DNA of 55,946 bases from a virus (lineage: Duplodnaviria; Caudoviricetes), in IMG/VR virus record IMGVR_UViG_3300032076_000005, positions 1 through 55,946 of that record; one strand, given 5' to 3'. The notes beneath the pieces were generated by a model that was not told where the DNA came from, searched no databases, and saw nothing but the letters and a program-made list of their open reading frames with translations. Positions 16,829 through 24,505 of the stretch are shown piece by piece. The position numbers and the translations under genes are program-made. Numbering within the stretch: position 1 is the stretch's first letter; each line of letters begins with the position of its first letter.

Positions 16829-17368
16829 ATGGGTAAACGCTCAGACTTTGCTCGCCTCGCCCGCGACTCTTATGCGACGCCGCCGCAGGCTATCCCGCCG
16901 TTGCTGCCCTACCTCAACGGCGTGCGCACCTTTGCCGAACCGTGCGCCGGCAAGGGTGATCTGATCCGTCATCTGGAATCACATGGTCTGTCTTGTGTTG
17001 CTCATGGTGACATTGCCGAAGGTCGTGACGCATTACGCTGGACGATTTCCGATTGCCAGCGTGCTCACATCCTCATCACCAACCCGCCGTACAGCGACGG
17101 CACTGGGCGCAACACGCTGCTGGCTAGGGCTCTACTCCGGCATTTCCTTACCCTGAAGCGGCCGGTGTGGCTGCTGTGTCCGCACGATTGGAGCGCCAAC
17201 TGTTGGTTCGCCGAGTACGTACCGCGGTGCACCGACATCGTGCCGGTCGGTCGGCTGGTGTGGATACCGGGAACACAGATGAATGGGAAAGACAACGTCT
17301 CGTGGTACCGGTTTAGCCAGAGCATCAGCGGCAACGGTCCGGTTCTACACGCACGGGAGAGATTCTAA
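16829..17368 (+). CDS. Small amino (probably N6-adenine) DNA methyltransferase
   Basis: DSYATP, SAM-binding EPCAGKG, catalytic TNPPY. Confidence 0.85.
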   Translation: MGKRSDFARLARDSYATPPQAIPPLLPYLNGVRTFAEPCAGKGDLIRHLESHGLSCVAHGDIAEGRDALRWTISDCQRAHILITNPPYSDGTGRNTLLARALLRHFLTLKRPVWLLCPHDWSANCWFAEYVPRCTDIVPVGRLVWIPGTQMNGKDNVSWYRFSQSISGNGPVLHARERF

Positions 17369-17550
17369 TGACTAATTATCTACTGAACACCAGGACCAAC
17401 CGTAAGTTCGAGATCATCGGGCTCGACCGCGAGAAGAACATGCTGACGCTCAAGGGTGAGACTGGAGGTCAATTTGAAGAGCCGTATGATAAAATTAGGT
17501 TGAAAGAACTCGGCTATATCTATGTACGAAATGAGGAACAAAATGCCTAA
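17368..17550 (+). CDS. Small hypothetical protein
   Basis: TAATG coupling; 60 aa, beta-rich. Confidence 0.65.
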   Translation: MTNYLLNTRTNRKFEIIGLDREKNMLTLKGETGGQFEEPYDKIRLKELGYIYVRNEEQNA

Positions 17551-17845
17551 GCAGCCGGTGTTACATCGTGCAACACCACCGGCGCGGCCGCAGCTCAGGC
17601 CCAGAGGGAATGGGCAGATGCAGCCAGCACCGCTCGATCCGAAGATCGTCAAGATGGTTGAGTTCCTCGACCGGGCGATCCGTTCGCAGAACGTGACCGT
17701 CGGCGTGGTGATCGCCGCGGTCGGCGTCCTGCTGGGACGTAAGGGCATGAGCCGCGACAACCTCGAACGTCTGATCCACGACATCAACACAGCGATCCGC
17801 GTCGGCTTCTACCTCGACCAACTAAACCGCAACAAGGACAAATGA
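17543..17845 (+). CDS. Hypothetical protein
   Basis: GAGG RBS before ATG 17543. Confidence 0.65.
   Translation: MPKQPVLHRATPPARPQLRPRGNGQMQPAPLDPKIVKMVEFLDRAIRSQNVTVGVVIAAVGVLLGRKGMSRDNLERLIHDINTAIRVGFYLDQLNRNKDK
17557..17577. promoter_or_regulatory. 21-bp palindrome copy 9, intragenic (GGTGTTACATCGTGCAACACC)
   Basis: One mismatch. Confidence 0.85.
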
Positions 17846-17846
17846 A

Positions 17847-18446
17847 ATGACTAAAGAAGACAGAGAACCTGGGCTCATTCAGGGGATGGAGCTTAAGATG
17901 GGATTCAAACATGTCATGATCGATTTGGAAACTTGGGGCACACACCCGTTCTCGATGATCATCTCGATCGGCGCGTGCGTGTTCGATCCGTATGCCTCCA
18001 TGCCTGAGGAGATCATCGGAGACCAGTTCGAAGTCGCGATCGATCCGACGAGCTACCAAGCTCGCATCGATCCCGCGACCATCATGTGGTGGATCGATCC
18101 CGAGCGCGAGCCGGCCAGGGCGGCGTGGTTGAAGATGCCTAAGCTGCCGCTGGCCGCGGCGCTCGATGGCTTTACCGATTGGCTAAACACGCATGGTGAA
18201 GATGTGCGCGTGTGGGGCAACGGCAGCGACTTTGACAATGCGCTGCTGCGTCAAGCCTACGAGATGATGAAGCGCGACGTACCCTGGAGCTTCCGGCATA
18301 ACCGATGCTTCCGCACACTGCGCAGTATGGTCACCGATGAGAACCTACAGTATCTCGGCACGCAGCATACGGCGCTCGCTGACGCTGCAAGCCAAGCGAT
18401 CCGTGCTAATCAGATCGTGAGAAAATTAGGAACTAAATTAACATGA
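17847..18446 (+). CDS. DEDDh 3'-5' exonuclease (Rv2179c/ExoVIII-like)
   Basis: MIDLETWG, WGNGSDFD, RCFRT, HTALADA. Confidence 0.9.
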   Translation: MTKEDREPGLIQGMELKMGFKHVMIDLETWGTHPFSMIISIGACVFDPYASMPEEIIGDQFEVAIDPTSYQARIDPATIMWWIDPEREPARAAWLKMPKLPLAAALDGFTDWLNTHGEDVRVWGNGSDFDNALLRQAYEMMKRDVPWSFRHNRCFRTLRSMVTDENLQYLGTQHTALADAASQAIRANQIVRKLGTKLT

Positions 18447-19576
18447 TAAAGAACAAACCTGCCGCTGACGTGGTTCCGATGACAGCCAAGCGCGAGCAGC
18501 CGATCCTCGCCGACTGGTTCATCATCGCCAACCCGAACAAAATAATACGGCCCGACGTGCCGCGGATCGTGCCGATGCTCCGCACCCTGCAAGCCAGGGT
18601 GCGGGCCTCGGAGAAAATCATCTTCGACATCGCTGCCTCAATCCGGGTCGGTGAGGTCCTGCGCGATATACCGGACCTGATCGTCGAGCAGATGCAGTTT
18701 GCCCGCGCACCGTTCGAGCGCTGCTGGATCGAATACGATGCCGAGGCGGTCTGGCGCACCGTGACCAATCAGCCGGCAGCGACCGCCGATCTGAGCCGCG
18801 ATAAGGAGGTCGGGCTGCTGGTCGACCACGGCAGCGTCAACGTCTTCATGCGGTCCTTCAACGGCACCATCGGGATGCTGCCGCTGGTCTACCATCTCCA
18901 CACCGAATGGCCGCTCGCCGACCAGCTGCGCTTCGCCGAGAAGCTCGGCGTCTCGCGTACTGGAATCGACCGCTGGATGTGGGGTTCGGTCTCCGAGCAG
19001 CTGCGTCAGCGCAACCCCGGCTACCTGCGGGCCCTGCGCGACACGTCGATGGTCGAACTGCTGGGCAGCCATTTCGGCCCTAATGTCTACCACGGGGCCG
19101 CCGGCGATTTCCGCAACGTCGTCGGGTTCCTGCTGATGCTCAACCAGCCGCGCGTGACCCAATACCTCCGGGTGCCCAGCACCCGCGGCTGGGTCGGCAA
19201 CAAGCCGCGCCCCTTCCTGGAGCACAACACCGTGACGATGGCGCTCGACGCCAAGTCCCAGCTGGTCCGGCTGGCGGCCGGCGAGGGAGTCGGCGACCTG
19301 CGGCGGCGTCATCGGGTGCGCGGTCACTACTGCCATGACGAGACCGCCCGCACCTATATGCGGATCGCGGGCTGCGTCCACGACTGGACACCGACCGAGG
19401 CCGATTGGACCCCGGCACTGACTATGCCGGTGGAGGAGCGCGAGCATTGGGTCTGCCGAGCCTGCGACGGCAAGCGCTGGTGGCGCGTCCAGCATGAGCG
19501 CGGTGACGCCAGTAAGGGCTTCGTCGATCACTCGGCTTATCTCGTGCGAGCTGTGGAGCAAGCTAGGAGGTCCTGA
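18443..19576 (+). CDS. Hypothetical protein with C-terminal RRHRVRGHY...C..H...CxxC...WWR..H.RGD motif
   Basis: ATGA/ATAA-type overlap with neighbours; 377 aa. Confidence 0.8.
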   Translation: MIKNKPAADVVPMTAKREQPILADWFIIANPNKIIRPDVPRIVPMLRTLQARVRASEKIIFDIAASIRVGEVLRDIPDLIVEQMQFARAPFERCWIEYDAEAVWRTVTNQPAATADLSRDKEVGLLVDHGSVNVFMRSFNGTIGMLPLVYHLHTEWPLADQLRFAEKLGVSRTGIDRWMWGSVSEQLRQRNPGYLRALRDTSMVELLGSHFGPNVYHGAAGDFRNVVGFLLMLNQPRVTQYLRVPSTRGWVGNKPRPFLEHNTVTMALDAKSQLVRLAAGEGVGDLRRRHRVRGHYCHDETARTYMRIAGCVHDWTPTEADWTPALTMPVEEREHWVCRACDGKRWWRVQHERGDASKGFVDHSAYLVRAVEQARRS

Positions 19577-20250
19577 TGCGCCCACTACCATGGTCTCCAA
19601 GTGCACTCGAAACTTTCAAGAATTGCCCCTCGCAGTATGAGCACCGCTACGTGCTCAAGGACCTGCCGCCTGAGGAGCGGTCGGACGAGCAGGTCTACGG
19701 CGAGTATGTGCATGAGGCATTCGCGAATCGTCTGCGGCCGATACGCCAGCCGCTGCCACCGGACTTGAAGGCGCACGAGCCTTTCATGCAGGAGCTGGCT
19801 GCGCAGGAAGGCTGGGCATTTGTCGAGCACAAGGCGGCGCTGGCGAAGACCGCGGAGAGCTGCGAGTGGAGTGACAAGGATGTGTGGTGCCGCATGATCA
19901 TCGACTACTTGCGCGTCGATGCGCGGGAGCGGCACGCGACGATCGTGGATCATAAGACCGGGAAGCCACACCAGAAATTCAACCAGCTGGTCATCTATGC
20001 GCTGTGGACATTCCAGGAGTTTAGCTACGTCGATGAAATCGAGGTGATGTTCTACTGGACTAAGAACCGCACGACGACGCGCAAGACCTGGAAGCGTGAG
20101 CAAGCTAACCAACTATGGAAGGAGCTGGCCGGCGATCTCCGGCAATACCGAGATGCGTTTCGTACGGGCATCTGGCAGGTGCGCCCATCAGGTCTATGTG
20201 GTGGTTGGTGTCCTGTAGTTGGCTGTAAATATTGGCGACCAAAACGATAA
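19576..20250 (+). CDS. PD-(D/E)XK exonuclease (Cas4/RecB-like)
   Basis: WSPSAL..FKNCP, GEYVHEAF, IIDYL, VDHKTGK, QLVIYA, C-terminal CGGWCP..GC. Confidence 0.9.
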   Translation: MRPLPWSPSALETFKNCPSQYEHRYVLKDLPPEERSDEQVYGEYVHEAFANRLRPIRQPLPPDLKAHEPFMQELAAQEGWAFVEHKAALAKTAESCEWSDKDVWCRMIIDYLRVDARERHATIVDHKTGKPHQKFNQLVIYALWTFQEFSYVDEIEVMFYWTKNRTTTRKTWKREQANQLWKELAGDLRQYRDAFRTGIWQVRPSGLCGGWCPVVGCKYWRPKR

Positions 20251-20344
20251 TCCAGCTTATCGCCAGGGGTAGTTTTCACCTGAGTATTATTCATGGACGC
20301 AATCGCGTGATGACCTACGAACAGGTACTAAGGAAATCCAGACG

Positions 20345-20743
20345 ATGAGAAGGCCAAAGGGTAACGAGGCGACTGAATGGTGGATCAAGAAGGAGGTCAA
20401 GAAGATTCTCGAAGCCGCCAAGTGGGACTCCTGGATGCCGGCCGCCAGTGTCTACGGCACCAACGGCATCAGTGATTTTCTATGCATAAAGAAGCCGAGG
20501 TTGCTCGTGGCGATCGAGACCAAGTATGACGACGTGGTGACGGCGCAGCAGTTCAAGTTTCTCACTGCCATTCACAACGCTGGGCACTACGCGCTCGTGG
20601 TGGACGAGACCAACATTGGTGGGCTGCACAAGCTGCTCACTAGCATAGAGGATGATAGCGTGGACCTGATTCCGATGATGCAGCCGTTCTTAAAGTGGAT
20701 GAATCAGAACCCAATCATCGACGTGAAAATCGCCAAATCCTAG
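20345..20743 (+). CDS. VRR-NUC / Holliday junction resolvase-like nuclease
   Basis: E..IK, GISDF, AIETK, T.QQ.KFL..I..AG. Confidence 0.85.
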   Translation: MRRPKGNEATEWWIKKEVKKILEAAKWDSWMPAASVYGTNGISDFLCIKKPRLLVAIETKYDDVVTAQQFKFLTAIHNAGHYALVVDETNIGGLHKLLTSIEDDSVDLIPMMQPFLKWMNQNPIIDVKIAKS

Positions 20744-20752
20744 CGAAAAATC

Positions 20753-20781
20753 TTGACTTTTTGCTAGTTATTTGGTATACT
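20753..20781 (+). promoter_or_regulatory. Sigma70-type promoter TTGACT-17-TATACT
   Basis: Near-consensus, upstream of the helicase. Confidence 0.8.
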
Positions 20782-20810
20782 TATAGACACTAAAAGAAGA
20801 GTTACTTACC

Positions 20811-22367
20811 ATGATCATTCACCAACCAACTAAGAGCATCGTGCTTAAGCTACGCGACCCTGCACGAGTGCTCGCTGCCTTCCCGGGATTAAGCCGGCCG
20901 ATCAACGCGGCCGAGGGCAACGTCCAGATCAAGCACACGCTGGAGACCACCATCGTGCTCAACGCGATGGGGTTACATCATGTAACATCGCCGATCCTTT
21001 ATCAGTATGGCTGGCCGGGCAAATACAAACCGTTCGACCATCAACGACCGATGGCGGACTTTCATGTTCGCAACGCCAAGAACCTGAATTTGTCGGAGAT
21101 GGGAGTTGGCAAGAGCTTCGCCGCGCTGTGGGCCGCGGACTACCTCATGTCGATCGGCGAGGTGCACAAGGCGCTGATCCTCGCGCCGCTGAGCATAATT
21201 GAAACTATCTGGCAGCAAGATATTTTCGATGTTCTGATGCACCGCTCGTGCGTGGTCACTCACGGTGACCGCGAGTTCCGCACCAATGCGTTAGGGATGG
21301 ATGTCGATTTCTATATCGCGAACCACGACATGATCGCGCACAAGGAAGTTGCCACGATCGTCCGTAGGCGTGGGGATATCGACCTGATCATTCTCGACGA
21401 GGCGAGCTTCTTTCGCAACCATCGGAACATCAGCTACAAGTTTCTGGCATGGGCAATGGAGAAAAAGAAACGGATCTGGTTCCTGACGGGTACGCCGTGT
21501 CCCAACGCGCCGACCGATGCGTGGGCGCTGGCGCGGATCATCTGCCCGCAGCGGGTGCCGCAGTGGTTCGGGACGTTCCAACGCAAGACGATGCATCAGG
21601 TTTCGCAATACAAGTGGCGTCCGGTGAAGGGTGCCGAAGAGATCGTGTTCAATATGCTGCAGCCGGCGTGGCGTGTGAAGAAGAAGGACTGCATGACGCT
21701 GCCACCGATAACGATCACCAACCACCAGACTCAGCTCACGCCGGAGCAGGTGACGCACTTTAAGCGCATGCGGGATTTCATGATCCTGCAGCACAAGACA
21801 ACGGTTATTACGGCGATCAATGCGGCCGATGCGCTGCTGAAACTGCGGCAGATATGCTGCGGCTCGGTGAAGAACGGGGATGATACCTACGAGACCATTG
21901 ACCATTCGACCCGGCTCAAGGAGTTACTCGCTGTGATCAGTCAAGCCGCGGCCAAGGTGATCGTGGTAGTCCCGTTCAAGGGGATCATCCGCGCGCTGGA
22001 GCCGGAGGTAGCGAAGCACTACAGCGTTGCAATTCTCAACGGGGATGTCAGCCTCAAGGAGCGTAATCGAATCATTTGGAATTTCAAGAACGGTCAGGAC
22101 CCGCACGTGCTGCTGTGCCACCCCAAGGTCATGGCACACGGGCTCAACCTGACGGAAGCCGACACCACCGTGTTCTATGCACCGATCTACTCGCACGACG
22201 ATTACGCCCAGGTCGTCGAGCGTTTCAATCGAGCAGGGCAAACCCGCAAGATGACAGTGGTCCGCCTCGCGGCCCATTCATTCGAGTGGGACATATATTC
22301 GCTGCTTGATAATCGTGGGCTTAACCAGGAGAACATTCTCCGACTCTACGAAAGGCTTATCCAGTGA
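20811..22367 (+). CDS. SNF2-family (SF2) helicase
   Basis: MGVGKS, ILDEAS, LTGTP, HGLNL, Q...RFNRAGQ. Confidence 0.92.
   Translation: MIIHQPTKSIVLKLRDPARVLAAFPGLSRPINAAEGNVQIKHTLETTIVLNAMGLHHVTSPILYQYGWPGKYKPFDHQRPMADFHVRNAKNLNLSEMGVGKSFAALWAADYLMSIGEVHKALILAPLSIIETIWQQDIFDVLMHRSCVVTHGDREFRTNALGMDVDFYIANHDMIAHKEVATIVRRRGDIDLIILDEASFFRNHRNISYKFLAWAMEKKKRIWFLTGTPCPNAPTDAWALARIICPQRVPQWFGTFQRKTMHQVSQYKWRPVKGAEEIVFNMLQPAWRVKKKDCMTLPPITITNHQTQLTPEQVTHFKRMRDFMILQHKTTVITAINAADALLKLRQICCGSVKNGDDTYETIDHSTRLKELLAVISQAAAKVIVVVPFKGIIRALEPEVAKHYSVAILNGDVSLKERNRIIWNFKNGQDPHVLLCHPKVMAHGLNLTEADTTVFYAPIYSHDDYAQVVERFNRAGQTRKMTVVRLAAHSFEWDIYSLLDNRGLNQENILRLYERLIQ
20969..20989. promoter_or_regulatory. 21-bp palindrome copy 10, inside the helicase (GGGGTTACATCATGTAACATC)
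   Basis: Core GTTACATCATGTAAC intact; two outer mismatches. Confidence 0.75.
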
Positions 22368-22810
22368 CTGACCACATACTGACTGACAAACTCCAACTGA
22401 AAGTGAAGCCAATGACTGAGCAAGATAAGAAGCTCGACAAGGTGGCAGCTACGTATGTAAAAATACGGGATACGAGAGCTGAGTTGCGCCGAGCCTACGA
22501 AGCCGAAGATCAGAAGTTGAAGGACCAGCTCGAAACCATTAACGGGTTCTTGCTGGCGACGCTGCAGGAACTGGGCGTCGAGAGCGCGCGCACCACACAC
22601 GGCACGATCTATCGGTCGATCGATGTCAAGCCGAGCTGCGGCGACTGGGATGCATTCGGCACCTGGATCATCGAGAACGAGGCGGTCGATGCGCTCGAAA
22701 GGCGCGTCAAGAAATCGTTCATCACCGAATACATGGAAACAAACAATGACGAGTTACCTCCAGGTATCTCGGTGACGCGAGAGTTCACCGTCACCGTTCG
22801 ACGTAAATAG
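22364..22810 (+). CDS. Conserved phage replication-region protein (coiled coil + small alpha/beta domain)
   Basis: YVKIRD...RTTHGT...DWDAF...LERRV...PPGI pattern; start may be ATG 22412. Confidence 0.75.
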   Translation: MTDHILTDKLQLKVKPMTEQDKKLDKVAATYVKIRDTRAELRRAYEAEDQKLKDQLETINGFLLATLQELGVESARTTHGTIYRSIDVKPSCGDWDAFGTWIIENEAVDALERRVKKSFITEYMETNNDELPPGISVTREFTVTVRRK

Positions 22811-22829
22811 TGTTACATCATGTAACACC
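22809..22829. promoter_or_regulatory. 21-bp palindrome copy 11 (AGTGTTACATCATGTAACACC)
   Basis: Overlaps the TAG stop. Confidence 0.9.
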
Positions 22830-22905
22830 GTTAAGCTCCTGGACCCGTTCCAGCCAGGAGCTTACTCTCACTCCGGAACAGAGCAACTGAACGAGGTTCT
22901 TTAAC

Positions 22906-24057
22906 ATGGCTACGAATCCGAATAGCCCTCTGGCTATCTTCGATCCGATCGCGGTGCCCGCCCACGTTAAGGCGGCGCAGGCGAGCGGCACTACCAACAT
23001 CGTCACACGGACGCAGGTGAACGCACTGACGTTCCCCGGCAAGGTGTGGACGGTGGTGCTCGACGGCACCAAGAAGCCGCTGGTGCGCACCAACAGCGAT
23101 GGCGAGGAGGAGCTGATCCAGACGGTTGACGTTGTGATCATCGCTTACAACGAGAACCGTGGGCGCGCCTATTACGGCGGGCGCACCTACGACCAGAACG
23201 CCGAAGCGGCACCGGTCTGCTGGAGCAACGATGGTGTCACCAGCAGCCCCGCCTCGACCGAGCGGCAGTCGGAAAAGTGCAACGTCTGCCCGCAGGCGAT
23301 CAAGGGCTCGCGGCAGACCGACCAGGGCAAGCCGGCGGCGGCGTGCTCTGTACATCGTCACCTCGCGGTGATCCCGCGGGCGCGCGATCTCAGTGCGGCA
23401 CCGGTGCTGCGGTTGAAGATTCCGCAGACGTCGGACTTTGACGGCTTGAACAAGGAAGCGCAGGCGAAGGGAATGTTCGCATTCTCGAACTATCTGAACT
23501 TTCTCAAGTCGAAGAACGTGCCGTTCACCTACTCGCTCACCACCAAGATTCGCTTCGACAACACCAAGACTTACCCGAAGCTGTGGTTCAGCCCGGGTCG
23601 ATGGTTGACCGAGGACGAAGCGTCGGTGTGCGAGAAGATCGCCGAGTCGGGTGACCTCGACGACCTGTTGAAGACTGATTACTCGAGCTTCGACAATGCG
23701 CGTCCGCCGGGTGTCACCGAGGCGGACGAGCTTGAGGACGACGAGGACCTCGTGCAGATCACGCCGGCACCGGTACCTGTACCCACGCCAGCACCTGCAC
23801 CCACGCCGGCACCGGCTCCGGCACCGGCTTCCGCTGCAGCCGCGCCTGCGAAGGCCAACGGTAAGCAGACGGCGGCTCAGCGCAAAGCTGCAGCTGCAGA
23901 GGCCGCAGCGGCCGCGCGCAAGAACGCCGTGCTGGAGGACGATGAAGACGAGGACCTTGTGCAGACCGCACTTGCTGCGGCTGCGCCTACACCCGCTCCT
24001 GTTGCTGCAGGATCATCGGCGCTCGACAACATCCTGAAGGACTGGGACGACGAATAA
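22906..24057 (+). CDS. Putative ssDNA-binding/annealing protein
   Basis: CWSNDG..C..CP...GS...C Zn-type motif, Pro/Ala linker, acidic tail LDNILKDWDDE; replication-module context. Confidence 0.65.
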   Translation: MATNPNSPLAIFDPIAVPAHVKAAQASGTTNIVTRTQVNALTFPGKVWTVVLDGTKKPLVRTNSDGEEELIQTVDVVIIAYNENRGRAYYGGRTYDQNAEAAPVCWSNDGVTSSPASTERQSEKCNVCPQAIKGSRQTDQGKPAAACSVHRHLAVIPRARDLSAAPVLRLKIPQTSDFDGLNKEAQAKGMFAFSNYLNFLKSKNVPFTYSLTTKIRFDNTKTYPKLWFSPGRWLTEDEASVCEKIAESGDLDDLLKTDYSSFDNARPPGVTEADELEDDEDLVQITPAPVPVPTPAPAPTPAPAPAPASAAAAPAKANGKQTAAQRKAAAAEAAAAARKNAVLEDDEDEDLVQTALAAAAPTPAPVAAGSSALDNILKDWDDE

Positions 24058-24082
24058 GGCTTCGTTTTCCTGGTAGTAAAAT

Positions 24083-24116
24083 GCACCGGCCGGTCGCGTC
24101 AACGACCGGCCGGTGC
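24083..24116. other. Perfect 14-bp GC-rich hairpin without a U-tract
   Basis: GCACCGGCCGGTCG-CGTCAA-CGACCGGCCGGTGC. Confidence 0.8.
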
Positions 24117-24169
24117 TAGCGTCTAGAGCAACTCGTTGTCATTCCCTAACGAGCTTCGAGGCCATCATC

Positions 24170-24505
24170 ATGATTGATCAAGAGACTTATAGCAAGCTGC
24201 TCACTGAAACCTGGGAACACGTCACCGAGCTGGGAACCAAGAAGGGTGGCGAGTATGCCGGGGACCACGATCGCCTCGCCAACTTTCGTCGCAATGGACT
24301 TGACCTCGACCTCCCGATGGAGGTGATCTGGCGCGTCTACGCCGGCAAGCACTGGGACGCCATCGGTCAATACGTCCGCGATCTCGTCACCGGCACGACG
24401 CGCCCGAGGATGGAAACGCTCGCAGGTCGGTGCGATGACCTCATCGTGTATCTCATTCTTTTCAAAGCCATGCTGATCGATCGGGAGCATGGCGAAGAAC
24501 TATGA
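24170..24505 (+). CDS. Nucleotide-modification-associated domain 1 (DUF1599-like, MazG-related)
   Basis: KGGEYA...LANF...KH.D...DLIVYLIL. Confidence 0.75.
   Translation: MIDQETYSKLLTETWEHVTELGTKKGGEYAGDHDRLANFRRNGLDLDLPMEVIWRVYAGKHWDAIGQYVRDLVTGTTRPRMETLAGRCDDLIVYLILFKAMLIDREHGEEL

Noticed and set aside
19576-20250. cas4 of a CRISPR-Cas locus
   Set aside because: Stand-alone phage PD-(D/E)XK nuclease in a replication module; no other cas genes or array
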